From: Candidatus Hodarchaeota archaeon
Lineage (GTDB): Archaea; Asgardarchaeota; Heimdallarchaeia; Hodarchaeales; Hodarchaeaceae
Reading direction: 5' to 3'
Assembly (NCBI GenBank): GCA_016839785.1
Contig: JAEOTQ010000150.1
Coordinates: forward strand, 1-17,864
DNA length: 17,864 nt
A program made the translations under genes and the position numbers. The notes beneath the pieces are model-generated. The model worked only from the letters and a program-made list of their open reading frames with translations, ran no database searches and had not been told where the DNA came from. Positions 1-8,081 of the stretch are shown here, one piece after another (the first letter of the stretch is position 1; every line of letters starts with the position of its first letter).

Positions 1-2
1 AG

Positions 3-428
3 AAACGGGAGCTTTTAATTAATCGTGAACAGCAGAGTATAATTTTAACGACATCTGGTATGATGGAAGGAGGGCCAGTTTATGATTATTTACGAATGGG
101 TGGAAACAATACCCAAAATGGCCTGTATATTGTAGGTTATCAAGTGGAAGGAACAATGGGATCAGAGATCGCAGCTGGACGAAAAGAAGTATCACTAGAT
201 AATGGATTTGGCCAAGTTTTTGATGTCGTTTTAAATCTTGAAATTAAACAATTTCAATTTTCTGGTCATTCTTCATTAGAAGGCCTCGTGGAAATGGTTC
301 AATATTCCGCGCCACAGAAAATCTATGCAATTCATGGAGAACCTAATGCACAAGAGCGCTATGCAGATGAAGTGAGAAATTATGGATTCGAGGTTAAGAC
401 ATTAACATCACATGATATTCTTCAATAG
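3..428 (+). CDS. MBL-fold beta-CASP ribonuclease (CPSF73/YSH1-like), C-terminal part; 5' truncated by the window edge
   Basis: Frame is open from base 3 (KRELLINREQQSIILTTSGMMEGGPV...). Beta-CASP motifs TTSGMMEGG, VGYQVEGT, FSGHS and IHGE are present. Confidence 0.9.
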   Translation, partial: KRELLINREQQSIILTTSGMMEGGPVYDYLRMGGNNTQNGLYIVGYQVEGTMGSEIAAGRKEVSLDNGFGQVFDVVLNLEIKQFQFSGHSSLEGLVEMVQYSAPQKIYAIHGEPNAQERYADEVRNYGFEVKTLTSHDILQ

Positions 429-466
429 GAAATCAAATAATTTAGTAATTAGAAAGCGAAAAGGTT

Positions 467-889
467 ATGCTTTCCACCAATTTGGTACTCACTAATTCAG
501 TTCATTGTGCAATTAGCAATCTTCTTAAAGTAGATAACTTAATAGAACAAGTAGGCATATTATTTGGTACGAAGACTCGAACAAAAATAATTCTTGAATT
601 TTTTGTTGAAATGGAGAATTTAGATTCATCTCCAAATAGTTTCTCAATTGATTATGGAATTTTAGTGAAATATCTCAATAAATTTCAAGAGAATGATAAA
701 AAGCTACTTGGGTTCTTTCATTCTCACCCATCAGGGACAATTCTTTTCCCTTCTAAGAAAGATTTGTCATTTATGACGCTGTGGCCTTTTCCCTATGTAT
801 GGTTAATAGGAGTCTATCCAGCAAAATTAGTTGCCTTTACATATTTAGAAAATAAAGTAGAACCAATACCGTTCAATATTATACCTTGA
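467..889 (+). CDS. JAB/MPN+ (Mov34/JAMM) metalloprotease, desampylase/deubiquitinase-like
   Basis: EQVGILFG near the N-terminus and LLGFFHSHPSGTILFPSKKD give E...H-x-H-x8-S-x2-D, one residue longer than the canonical x7 JAMM spacing. Confidence 0.88.
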   Translation: MLSTNLVLTNSVHCAISNLLKVDNLIEQVGILFGTKTRTKIILEFFVEMENLDSSPNSFSIDYGILVKYLNKFQENDKKLLGFFHSHPSGTILFPSKKDLSFMTLWPFPYVWLIGVYPAKLVAFTYLENKVEPIPFNIIP

Positions 890-899
890 ACACAATTAT

Positions 900-1919
900 T
901 TACTCACTAGCAACAACAATTGGAAGTTGAGTTCCGCACGAGGAACAACAGTTTCCATGCAAATTAATTATACCAGTAAAAAATCTCTCCCGTTTAATAA
1001 CCAACTTTCCACAATTGTGGCAATATGTATGATTACCTTTATGCCCTGAAACATTTCCAATATAAACATATTTCAAGCCTACATCAGTAGCAGTTCGAAT
1101 TGCTTTTTCTAAAGTTTTAATGGATGTATATGGCAAGTGGTTTAATTTGTAATCAGGACGAAAAGCTGAGAAATGAAGAGGGATTAAAGGGCTAAGTTTT
1201 TCATAAATCCATTCACACATCTCCCGGATCATGGAATCAGAGTCGTTTTTAGTTGGAATTATTAGGTTGGTAAGCTCGAGATGGACTCCTTGATTATGGA
1301 ATATTTCACACGTTTTCAAGATAGGCTTCCAAGAAGGAGAATCACATATTTCTTTATAAAATTCTGACGAAAAACCCTTAATGTCGATATTTGCAGCATC
1401 AATATGTGGGGTAAGTGCTTCAGCTAATTTTCTGGTAATATATCCATTATCAACAACCACCATTTTTATGTTGTGCTTGTGGGCCAGCGTAGCTATATCT
1501 CTTACGTATTCAAATGCTATCATTGGTTCATTATAGGTGGAAGCAATTAATTTCATTTTTCTGTCTATACAATCTTCAACAATTTCTTCTGGAGATTTTT
1601 TAATAAGTTTAGATATATCACTCTTTTCTTTTTGCATTGAGATATGCCAATTTTGGCAATGCAGACAGCCAAGATTACATCCGTAAGATCCAAATGAGAG
1701 AATTTTCTTTCCAGGGTGGTAGTGATAAAGAGGTTTTTTCTCTATTGGATCTTCTGCTAATCTCCCATGTATTAATCCATAAGTTCGTGGTTCAATCTTC
1801 ATTCCTTTGCGGATTCTTGCTCCACACCAGCCCACTTCATTATCTGAAAGTTGACATAAACGAGGACAGGCAGTACACTGAAGTTTTCCTGATTTTAATT
1901 CCCTATGAAAATCCCACAA
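900..1919 (-). CDS. amrS: AmmeMemoRadiSam system radical SAM enzyme (PFL-activating-enzyme-like)
   Basis: N-terminal CTACPRLC...GWCGAR, DPIEKKPLYHYHPG, radical SAM CxxxCxxC (CNLGCLHC), TYNEP, AANIDIKGF, PLHFSAFRP, YVYIGNV and a C-terminal CHNC...CSSC zinc ribbon. TTG start. Confidence 0.92.
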   Translation of the reverse strand: MWDFHRELKSGKLQCTACPRLCQLSDNEVGWCGARIRKGMKIEPRTYGLIHGRLAEDPIEKKPLYHYHPGKKILSFGSYGCNLGCLHCQNWHISMQKEKSDISKLIKKSPEEIVEDCIDRKMKLIASTYNEPMIAFEYVRDIATLAHKHNIKMVVVDNGYITRKLAEALTPHIDAANIDIKGFSSEFYKEICDSPSWKPILKTCEIFHNQGVHLELTNLIIPTKNDSDSMIREMCEWIYEKLSPLIPLHFSAFRPDYKLNHLPYTSIKTLEKAIRTATDVGLKYVYIGNVSGHKGNHTYCHNCGKLVIKRERFFTGIINLHGNCCSSCGTQLPIVVASE

Positions 1920-2006
1920 TTTTGATTCATTACTCCGAACTTTACTTTAGATAAACGTCATGAGTTTGGGATTCTAAGGTGAGTCGTGTTCTATCATGAA
2001 ATTCCT

Positions 2007-2744
2007 TTAGTTTGCACTATAAGTTTCATTAGTTACATGGAAAGAAATTAACCCTTTTTCCATCATGCGTCCTACAGTTCTAGTTATAATAACTGGAGAA
2101 GTCCGCCCTTCTAATGAAGCCTTGAGGTTATCCATTGTGATTCTACCTTTTCTCATCAATTCAGCTAGTATATCCACCTCAGGAATATCTTCTGCCGATT
2201 CTTCGAGGAGGAATGAAAGAATCCCGTTTTCTCCTTGAATTACTTTAATTTCTTGAGATAAATCGATGGCTTTCAGTTCTTTTTCTTCCACCTCTTGTGA
2301 TAATCTTGATTCAATGTTTTGAATTTTCGTTCCATAATCAGAGATTGCTATTTTGGTATTATCTACATCTAGCTTAATCTTTTCTATCTCCTTCTTGATA
2401 GTTCCTGTATTTGCCTCAACGGTTTGCAATTCTCTATCATGATCACGAATTCGCATCTCTTTGTTTTGCTCCTCATCAATGACCTGTGCCTGTCTTTGCT
2501 TCAATTTCTCTATTAGATTCTTGTTACTCTCGATCTCATCTTTGAGTGAGGCCATTTTTGCTTCTTGTTCAGTTATGTCAGAACCCACAGCTTCTTTTTC
2601 CTTTATCAGAGTTTCAAGGTACTCCTGAGTACTTTTCAAATCCTGTAATCGGGTGAATATCTGCTCGGAGATGTCATCCTTAAGTCGGTTTAATGCTTCT
2701 TCACTGCGAATATATTTCTCACGGATTGTATCTGTATCCATCAC
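2007..2744 (-). CDS. Hypothetical protein: long coiled coil plus C-terminal winged-helix-like domain (paralog B)
   Basis: About 175 aa of E/K/Q-rich heptad-like sequence without Pro, then IPEVDILAELMRKGRITMDNLKASL...ITRTVGRMMEKGLISFHVTNETY (helix-turn-helix plus wing pattern). GTG at 2744 or ATG at 2741, preceded by GGAGG. Confidence 0.8.
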   Translation of the reverse strand: MMDTDTIREKYIRSEEALNRLKDDISEQIFTRLQDLKSTQEYLETLIKEKEAVGSDITEQEAKMASLKDEIESNKNLIEKLKQRQAQVIDEEQNKEMRIRDHDRELQTVEANTGTIKKEIEKIKLDVDNTKIAISDYGTKIQNIESRLSQEVEEKELKAIDLSQEIKVIQGENGILSFLLEESAEDIPEVDILAELMRKGRITMDNLKASLEGRTSPVIITRTVGRMMEKGLISFHVTNETYSAN

Positions 2745-3506
2745 TTATGCCTCCTTCTCAAACAAATCTATCTTCTCATTTACTTCAACGGTATCAACTG
2801 CTGAATCAAAATTAAGAACTTTTCTTTCGGCTAGTTTTTGTAAGATAGTCTTTAAAGATTCAGAATCAATTCCCAAAGCTGATCGAATTTCAATAATTGT
2901 AGACTTGGGATTTGGTTTATTCGCTAAGAATCTTATCAAATTTACTTCTGGAGTTTGTAGGTAAGATTGGCTTAATATTCTAATTGCTTTATATTTGTAT
3001 GTAAGCATATCTTTGTCGTTTTCTAACCGTTCACACCGTTCCTGAACTTTTTGAATCTTCGAATCAAAAATCGGTTGTAAATCGTCAAATTTTTTTCTTA
3101 AACGAAGGAGTTCTTCTTTATCATTTTTTAATATCGTTGATAAAGACGTTTTTTCGGAATCTAATCCTGTTAAATGGTTTTGATCAGCAGTTAAACGGGA
3201 TTGTGATTGAGATAGTTTTTCATTATGTGAATTCAGGTTTGATTCATGTACAGAAATTTCTTTTTCAATCTCCGCTACTTCGTTTAATAAAGCCTGCTGA
3301 TCATTTGTTAAATCGGAAATTTCCCTGGTATGTTCATTAGATGTTCTTCTTAAGTCTCCAATATGTGTTCTTAACGACTCTAGCTCATTTATCAGAGATT
3401 TCAAGTCGTCTCGTATTAATTGAACTCTGCTCTGAAATTTAGTAACTAATTCTTCAAGATTAAGTTCGATTTTTCGAATTTCCTCTGCAGATCTCGGACT
3501 TTCCAT
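2745..3506 (-). CDS. Hypothetical protein: long coiled coil plus C-terminal winged-helix-like domain (paralog A)
   Basis: About 175 aa of heptad-like sequence, then TPEVNLIRFLANKPNPKSTIIEIRSALGIDSESLKTILQKLAERKVLNFDSAVDTVEV. GAGGAG upstream of the ATG; its TAA directly abuts the next start codon. Confidence 0.8.
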   Translation of the reverse strand: MESPRSAEEIRKIELNLEELVTKFQSRVQLIRDDLKSLINELESLRTHIGDLRRTSNEHTREISDLTNDQQALLNEVAEIEKEISVHESNLNSHNEKLSQSQSRLTADQNHLTGLDSEKTSLSTILKNDKEELLRLRKKFDDLQPIFDSKIQKVQERCERLENDKDMLTYKYKAIRILSQSYLQTPEVNLIRFLANKPNPKSTIIEIRSALGIDSESLKTILQKLAERKVLNFDSAVDTVEVNEKIDLFEKEA

Positions 3507-3571
3507 TGTCAGCTCCTCTGTAACTTGAATGCATTTTTCCCTTTTGTATAGGTTAGGGGGCAGAAGCGAGG

Positions 3572-3586
3572 TATAAAAAATATTCG
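3572..3586 (-). promoter_or_regulatory. Putative BRE/TATA promoter for the coiled-coil gene pair
   Basis: Minus strand reads CGAATA-TTTTTTATA about 65 nt upstream of the ATG at 3506. The AT-rich background limits certainty. Confidence 0.4.
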
Positions 3587-3715
3587 AAAAAGAGGAAATA
3601 TCATTTCTGTTAATAGAGATTTAAGGTGTCTATATTTTCTTGTTAAGGTAAAGAATTAGGAGTTTTCGCATTATTTGGAGAGATTTTTACTACAATTCAC
3701 CACTTAAAGACTGAA

Positions 3716-3744
3716 AAATTTCATCACTAGTTGTGAATAAATTT
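3716..3744. promoter_or_regulatory. Dyad-symmetric operator, Phr-box-like
   Basis: AAATTT-ca-TCAC-tagtt-GTGA-at-AAATTT; 10 of 12 positions per arm are complementary. Lies upstream of hsp20. Confidence 0.65.
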
Positions 3745-3765
3745 ATCCCTTGTGAATAAATTTAT
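3731..3765 (+). repeat. Perfect 16-bp direct repeat TTGTGAATAAATTTAT, two copies
   Basis: Copies at 3731-3746 and 3750-3765 separated by CCC. Each contains the palindrome ATAAATTTAT. Confidence 0.9.
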
Positions 3766-3768
3766 AAA
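3761..3768 (+). promoter_or_regulatory. TATA box of the hsp20 operon
   Basis: TTTATAAA matches the archaeal TATA consensus and ends 55 nt before the hsp20 ATG. Confidence 0.6.
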
Positions 3769-3823
3769 TCACTTCCTATTATTGTTAATCAATTAAAAAT
3801 TAAAGCAAAGGAAGAAAAGTGAT

Positions 3824-4450
3824 ATGCCAAACTCCACAGGAGATAATTATGATGATGATGACCGCTTTCCGAGGCGGAGACGACGAAAAGATAACCCATT
3901 TGACGATTTTATTAACCATTTCATGAATCAATTCGGCGCAGGATTCGATTTTGAAAATGTCTTCGATACAATGGATCTGTTCATCGAAGATCTGTTACGT
4001 CGATTTAACTTCATTTCCTCAAAAGGTGATCTTGGGAATACTCCAGGATTTGTATGGGGGTTTCGAATGACAAATGGCCCGGATGGGCGTCCCCATATCG
4101 AAAGATTCGGTAATACACCACAGAAAGTTGAATCTGGGAAAAGTCAGTATAGATCCTCTCCTGAGCGGGAACCCCTCGTTGATGTTATTGAGGATACAGA
4201 TGTTTTACGGGTTATCGCAGAAATTCCAGGTGTAAAAAAGGAGAATATTGATTTATCTACAACAGATAAAAGTTTATTGATCCAAGCCGAATCAGATGAC
4301 CATCGTCGGAAATATTATAAAGAAGTTGATCTTCCCTGTGAAATTATCCCTGACTCTGCTGCTGCAAAGTTTAAAAATGGTGTCCTTGAGGTTGAATTAA
4401 CCAAGGAACAATGCTTAGAACAATCTGGCACCAGAATTGATGTTTCTTAA
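3824..4450 (+). CDS. hsp20: Archaeal small heat shock protein Hsp20 (alpha-crystallin domain)
   Basis: FVWGFRMTNGPDGRPHIERFGN, REPLVDVIE, AEIPGVKKENI, RKYYKEVDLP and AKFKNGVLEVEL are typical of archaeal Hsp20. Confidence 0.95.
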   Translation: MPNSTGDNYDDDDRFPRRRRRKDNPFDDFINHFMNQFGAGFDFENVFDTMDLFIEDLLRRFNFISSKGDLGNTPGFVWGFRMTNGPDGRPHIERFGNTPQKVESGKSQYRSSPEREPLVDVIEDTDVLRVIAEIPGVKKENIDLSTTDKSLLIQAESDDHRRKYYKEVDLPCEIIPDSAAAKFKNGVLEVELTKEQCLEQSGTRIDVS

Positions 4451-4486
4451 TTCATTTATTGCGACTTTGTCTGGAGATGATGAATA

Positions 4487-6670
4487 GTGGCATCTGAAGA
4501 TTACCAGCTAAAAGTTGCTGAAGCGAAATACAGGGATGTCGGAAAAGGGATTGCACGTATAGCTAAAAGAATTATGAATAAGCTCAGTTTACAATCTGGA
4601 GATATAATTGAAATTGAGAACAAGAATTCAATCAAAACTTCTGCAATTGTTTGGCCAGCTTATTCAGAGGATGAATTACAGGATATCATTTTACTTGATC
4701 AAATTACCAGACAAAATGCAGGGGTTCATTTAGACGATACTGTTACAATCCGAAGAGCTATAACACTTAATGCGACATCAATTACCCTCCTTTCTATTTC
4801 AGCTAATACTCTTGGGAATGCCAAAGCTTTCTTTAATCAGAAACTACAAGGAAGAGCACTTTCAATTGGTGACCGAATGCGGTTCGGATCTATGGATAAT
4901 ATCTTTGAATATAAAGTAGTAGAAGTCCAACCTGATAATGAATCAGTTGTAGTAAACAATGATACTAAAATTATTATTGGATCGCAAGAAACGTCTTCCC
5001 TCAAGGAACAAAAAGAAAGCAAAGCAATACCAAAGATTTCATATGAAGATATTGGGGGCTTAGATGAAACGATAAAGAATTTAAGGGAGATGGTTGAACT
5101 TCCCATGCGTTATCCTGAACTCTTTCAACGCTTGGGGGTAACCCCTCCAAAAGGTGTCTTATTACACGGACCACCTGGAACTGGAAAAACATTACTAGCG
5201 AAAGCAGTTGCTAGTGAATCAGCCTCTCATTTTATTCATGTTTCCGGTCCAGAAATCATGTCAAAATTCTATGGTGAAAGTGAACAGAAGGTAAGGGAGA
5301 TATTTGATGAAGCTGCCGAAAATGAGCCTAGTATTATCTTTATTGATGAAATTGATAGTATTGCGCCCAAGAGAGATGATCAAGGTTCAGGAGAAGTAGA
5401 ACGTCGTATTGTTTCACAAATGTTATCACTAATGGATGGTTTAAGTGGAAGAGGGGAAACAATCGTTATAGGAGCAACAAATAGGCCAAATTCAATTGAT
5501 CCTGCATTACGACGTCCTGGACGATTTGATAGAGAAATTGAGATTCCAGTTCCGACATCTGACGCAAGAAAAGTCATTCTTGAAATACAAACTAGATATA
5601 TGCCTTTAGCTGAAGACGTCGATATGAATATGATAGTGGAGCATACAAAAGGTTTTGTTGGAGCCGATCTCTCCTCTTTGACAAAAGAGGCGGGAATGAA
5701 AGCCATTAGACGATTATTCCCAAAAATAGTCTGGGGTGAATCAATTTCTATTGAATTACTGAATCAAATATCTGTAACTGCAGATGATTTCGAAAATGCC
5801 CTAAGGGGAATTAAACCAAGCGCGCTTCGGGAAGTTCTTGTAGATGTCCCTACTGTATCTTGGGATGATATAGGAGGGTTAGATGAGGTAAAACAGCAGC
5901 TTCGTGAGGCAATTGAGTGGCCAACAATTTTTCCTTCCTTATACAAGTACATGGGAAGTGAATCACCACGAGGAATTCTATTAACTGGTTTACCTGGGAC
6001 AGGTAAAACTTTATTAGTAAAGGCAGTCGCTAATCAATCATCGAGAAATTTTATCTCCATTAAAGGTGCTGAGATACACTCTAAATGGATAGGAGAGAGC
6101 GAACGAACAGTTCAGGAAATCTTTCGGAAAGCAAAATTGACTACTCCCTGTATAGTATTTTTTGATGAAATCGAAACAATTTTCCCAGTACGTACAGAGT
6201 CTAATCCTGGTTCAGAGAGATTAGTCACTACCTTGCTAACAGAGATGGATGGATTGGAGGAAATTAATGATATTATTGTTATTGGTGCAACAAATCGTCC
6301 TGATATGATTGACCCTGCAGTTTTACGCCCAGGTAGGTTTGATTATATTATTGATTTACCTTTACCCGATACAGTCGCGAGAGGAAAAATTCTCGATATT
6401 TATGTTAAAGACAAACCCATCGATACAAATATATCAATAGATTCCCTAGCAAAACTTACAGCTGGGTTTAGTGGAGCCGATTTGAAAGGTGTTGTAAATC
6501 TAGCTTCTTCATATGCTACCTCACGATTTTTATCGCAAGTTAAGGAAAGTAATCCTTTACCAACTGACAAAGAAATTCATCAGATGACTGAATCAAAAAA
6601 GCCAAAAATTAAAGTAAGTGATTTTGAGAAAGCGGTGAGTAATATTCGTACATCTTCGAAAATTCGTTAA
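4487..6670 (+). CDS. cdc48: CDC48/p97/VAT family double-ring AAA+ ATPase
   Basis: N domain ([18 protein letters not shown]); D1 [36 protein letters not shown]; D2 [27 protein letters not shown] start with GGAGATGA upstream. Confidence 0.97.
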   Translation: MASEDYQLKVAEAKYRDVGKGIARIAKRIMNKLSLQSGDIIEIENKNSIKTSAIVWPAYSEDELQDIILLDQITRQNAGVHLDDTVTIRRAITLNATSITLLSISANTLGNAKAFFNQKLQGRALSIGDRMRFGSMDNIFEYKVVEVQPDNESVVVNNDTKIIIGSQETSSLKEQKESKAIPKISYEDIGGLDETIKNLREMVELPMRYPELFQRLGVTPPKGVLLHGPPGTGKTLLAKAVASESASHFIHVSGPEIMSKFYGESEQKVREIFDEAAENEPSIIFIDEIDSIAPKRDDQGSGEVERRIVSQMLSLMDGLSGRGETIVIGATNRPNSIDPALRRPGRFDREIEIPVPTSDARKVILEIQTRYMPLAEDVDMNMIVEHTKGFVGADLSSLTKEAGMKAIRRLFPKIVWGESISIELLNQISVTADDFENALRGIKPSALREVLVDVPTVSWDDIGGLDEVKQQLREAIEWPTIFPSLYKYMGSESPRGILLTGLPGTGKTLLVKAVANQSSRNFISIKGAEIHSKWIGESERTVQEIFRKAKLTTPCIVFFDEIETIFPVRTESNPGSERLVTTLLTEMDGLEEINDIIVIGATNRPDMIDPAVLRPGRFDYIIDLPLPDTVARGKILDIYVKDKPIDTNISIDSLAKLTAGFSGADLKGVVNLASSYATSRFLSQVKESNPLPTDKEIHQMTESKKPKIKVSDFEKAVSNIRTSSKIR

Positions 6671-6707
6671 GGTGTTTCTTAACGAAGCTCTATATTGATG
6701 TGATTTA

Positions 6708-7505
6708 ATGTATCTTGAAAAATTAACCGAAGAAATCGAGGAATGGTTAGAAAAAGCTGACGAAGGAGAAACGCTAAGATTCCTTGGTAGATCGGTTCCA
6801 AAAAATACAGATGGAATAATAATTATAGAATTGTTAGGTTATTATGGAGCTATCGCTCAAACAATCACAAAAGAATTGCAGGCCCTTAGTCATGAAAATT
6901 TGAAACTAGCAGGCGTTTTTTCCAGTTATTTCAATGAAATGGTGCAACTTATTGCAGAAGACATTTTACTACCAATCTCTTTAGTTCAGGTCCAAATCGG
7001 ATCAAATCGTTTTATCCTTACAACTAGTAGTTTTGCAATTCCTGATGTCATCAGTTATCAATTAGCAGAGGAATTATGGTCATTTTATTTGAAATTAAAT
7101 CCTTCAAAGATCATTATTGTTGATGGAGTTCACAACTATCGTCGAGATATCTTAACAGTTCCAGAGGTCCATCGGGTCGTATCCTCAAACGCAGGAGTAG
7201 AGCTCCAGAAAAGCAATACTTCTGATTTTACAATGATGGGGCAAGCAGCCAGTTCCTTTCTTATTTATTATTCAAATGTTGAAAATATACCTATTGAGTT
7301 ACTTACAGTCGATTCATTTGCCGAATATGATCCTGTATCAGCATTAGAACTTTTAAAAATACTTACACGTGATTATAAAATTGATTCTGATTTTACAAAT
7401 CTTTTAAAGGAAGTAGAGGGTTTTAAAAGCACTTATCAAGCTTCAAAAAGTAGAAATCTCGAGGATTGGAAATTAAATTCTCCTGATTCACAATTCTTTA
7501 TGTAA
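6708..7505 (+). CDS. PAC2-family proteasome assembly chaperone-like protein (divergent PbaA/PbaB type)
   Basis: Size and pattern fit: IIIIELLGYYGAIAQTI, GVFSSYF, KIIIVDG, DPVSALELLKIL, a helical tail and an aromatic C-terminus (QFFM). Adjacent to cdc48. Confidence 0.65.
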   Translation: MYLEKLTEEIEEWLEKADEGETLRFLGRSVPKNTDGIIIIELLGYYGAIAQTITKELQALSHENLKLAGVFSSYFNEMVQLIAEDILLPISLVQVQIGSNRFILTTSSFAIPDVISYQLAEELWSFYLKLNPSKIIIVDGVHNYRRDILTVPEVHRVVSSNAGVELQKSNTSDFTMMGQAASSFLIYYSNVENIPIELLTVDSFAEYDPVSALELLKILTRDYKIDSDFTNLLKEVEGFKSTYQASKSRNLEDWKLNSPDSQFFM

Positions 7506-7517
7506 ATGGTGTAGTAA

Positions 7518-8081
7518 ATGAGTAGTAATCCAAATGATGAAATAGAATTGATACTAAAGATTCTCTCATACCAGATAGAAAGTAATAAAACTTTAAATTA
7601 CCAAGAAATTGATGAAATTCTTCATCTACTCTCAAATCGAACGAGAAGGAGGATGCTAGTAGAATTAGCTCACGAGGAAGGATTCGTTAATGATCTTGTT
7701 AAACGATTAAATGATCATCCTCAATCTATAATTAGGCATCTAGATGTTCTGAAGAAACAGAACCTTGTTGTTGGAAAAGAGCGTCCTAGTGAAGGTCCTG
7801 GTAGACCTCGTCTCTATTACACGCTTTTTCCAGGAGTAGCAAAATTTATTCAAAAACCAGAGACGAAGGAAATAAGAGATACTCAATCTCATATTTGTAG
7901 TAGCTTTCCACGCTTAAATACTATTAAACAACAGCTTAATAAACGAATATCGCATTCGGAACAAAGAAAAATTGTATCAGAAGTTGAATTTATTAAAAAT
8001 GAGCATGAAATGGCACTTGAAGTCTGTAATGAAATTCTAGCATCTACGAAAAAAAGAGTTACGAAAATTAAAATTGAATGA
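7518..8081 (+). CDS. ArsR-type winged-helix transcription regulator, Phr (archaeal heat-shock regulator)-like
   Basis: ILHLLSNRTRRRML...GFVNDL...IIRHLDVLKKQNLV...GRPRLYY followed by a helical C-terminus. Resembles Pyrococcus Phr as recalled (LGNETRRRIL...YFVSEL...GRPRKYY). Confidence 0.85.
   Translation: MSSNPNDEIELILKILSYQIESNKTLNYQEIDEILHLLSNRTRRRMLVELAHEEGFVNDLVKRLNDHPQSIIRHLDVLKKQNLVVGKERPSEGPGRPRLYYTLFPGVAKFIQKPETKEIRDTQSHICSSFPRLNTIKQQLNKRISHSEQRKIVSEVEFIKNEHEMALEVCNEILASTKKRVTKIKIE

Noticed and set aside
1637-3340. Plus-strand ORFs 1637-1954, 2653-2964 and 3137-3340
   Set aside because: Antisense shadows of well-supported minus-strand genes; no motifs.
2007-3506. Calling the coiled-coil pair SMC/Rad50 or ESCRT-III
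   Set aside because: No Walker A/B or hinge motifs, and I could not recognise a Snf7 core or MIM motifs. Left unassigned.
3731-3765. Direct repeat as a CRISPR remnant or target-site duplication
   Set aside because: Two 16-bp copies with a 3-nt spacer and no cas or transposase gene; the promoter position fits a regulatory role better.
4837-5952. Minus-strand ORFs inside cdc48
   Set aside because: Antisense shadows of a highly conserved gene.
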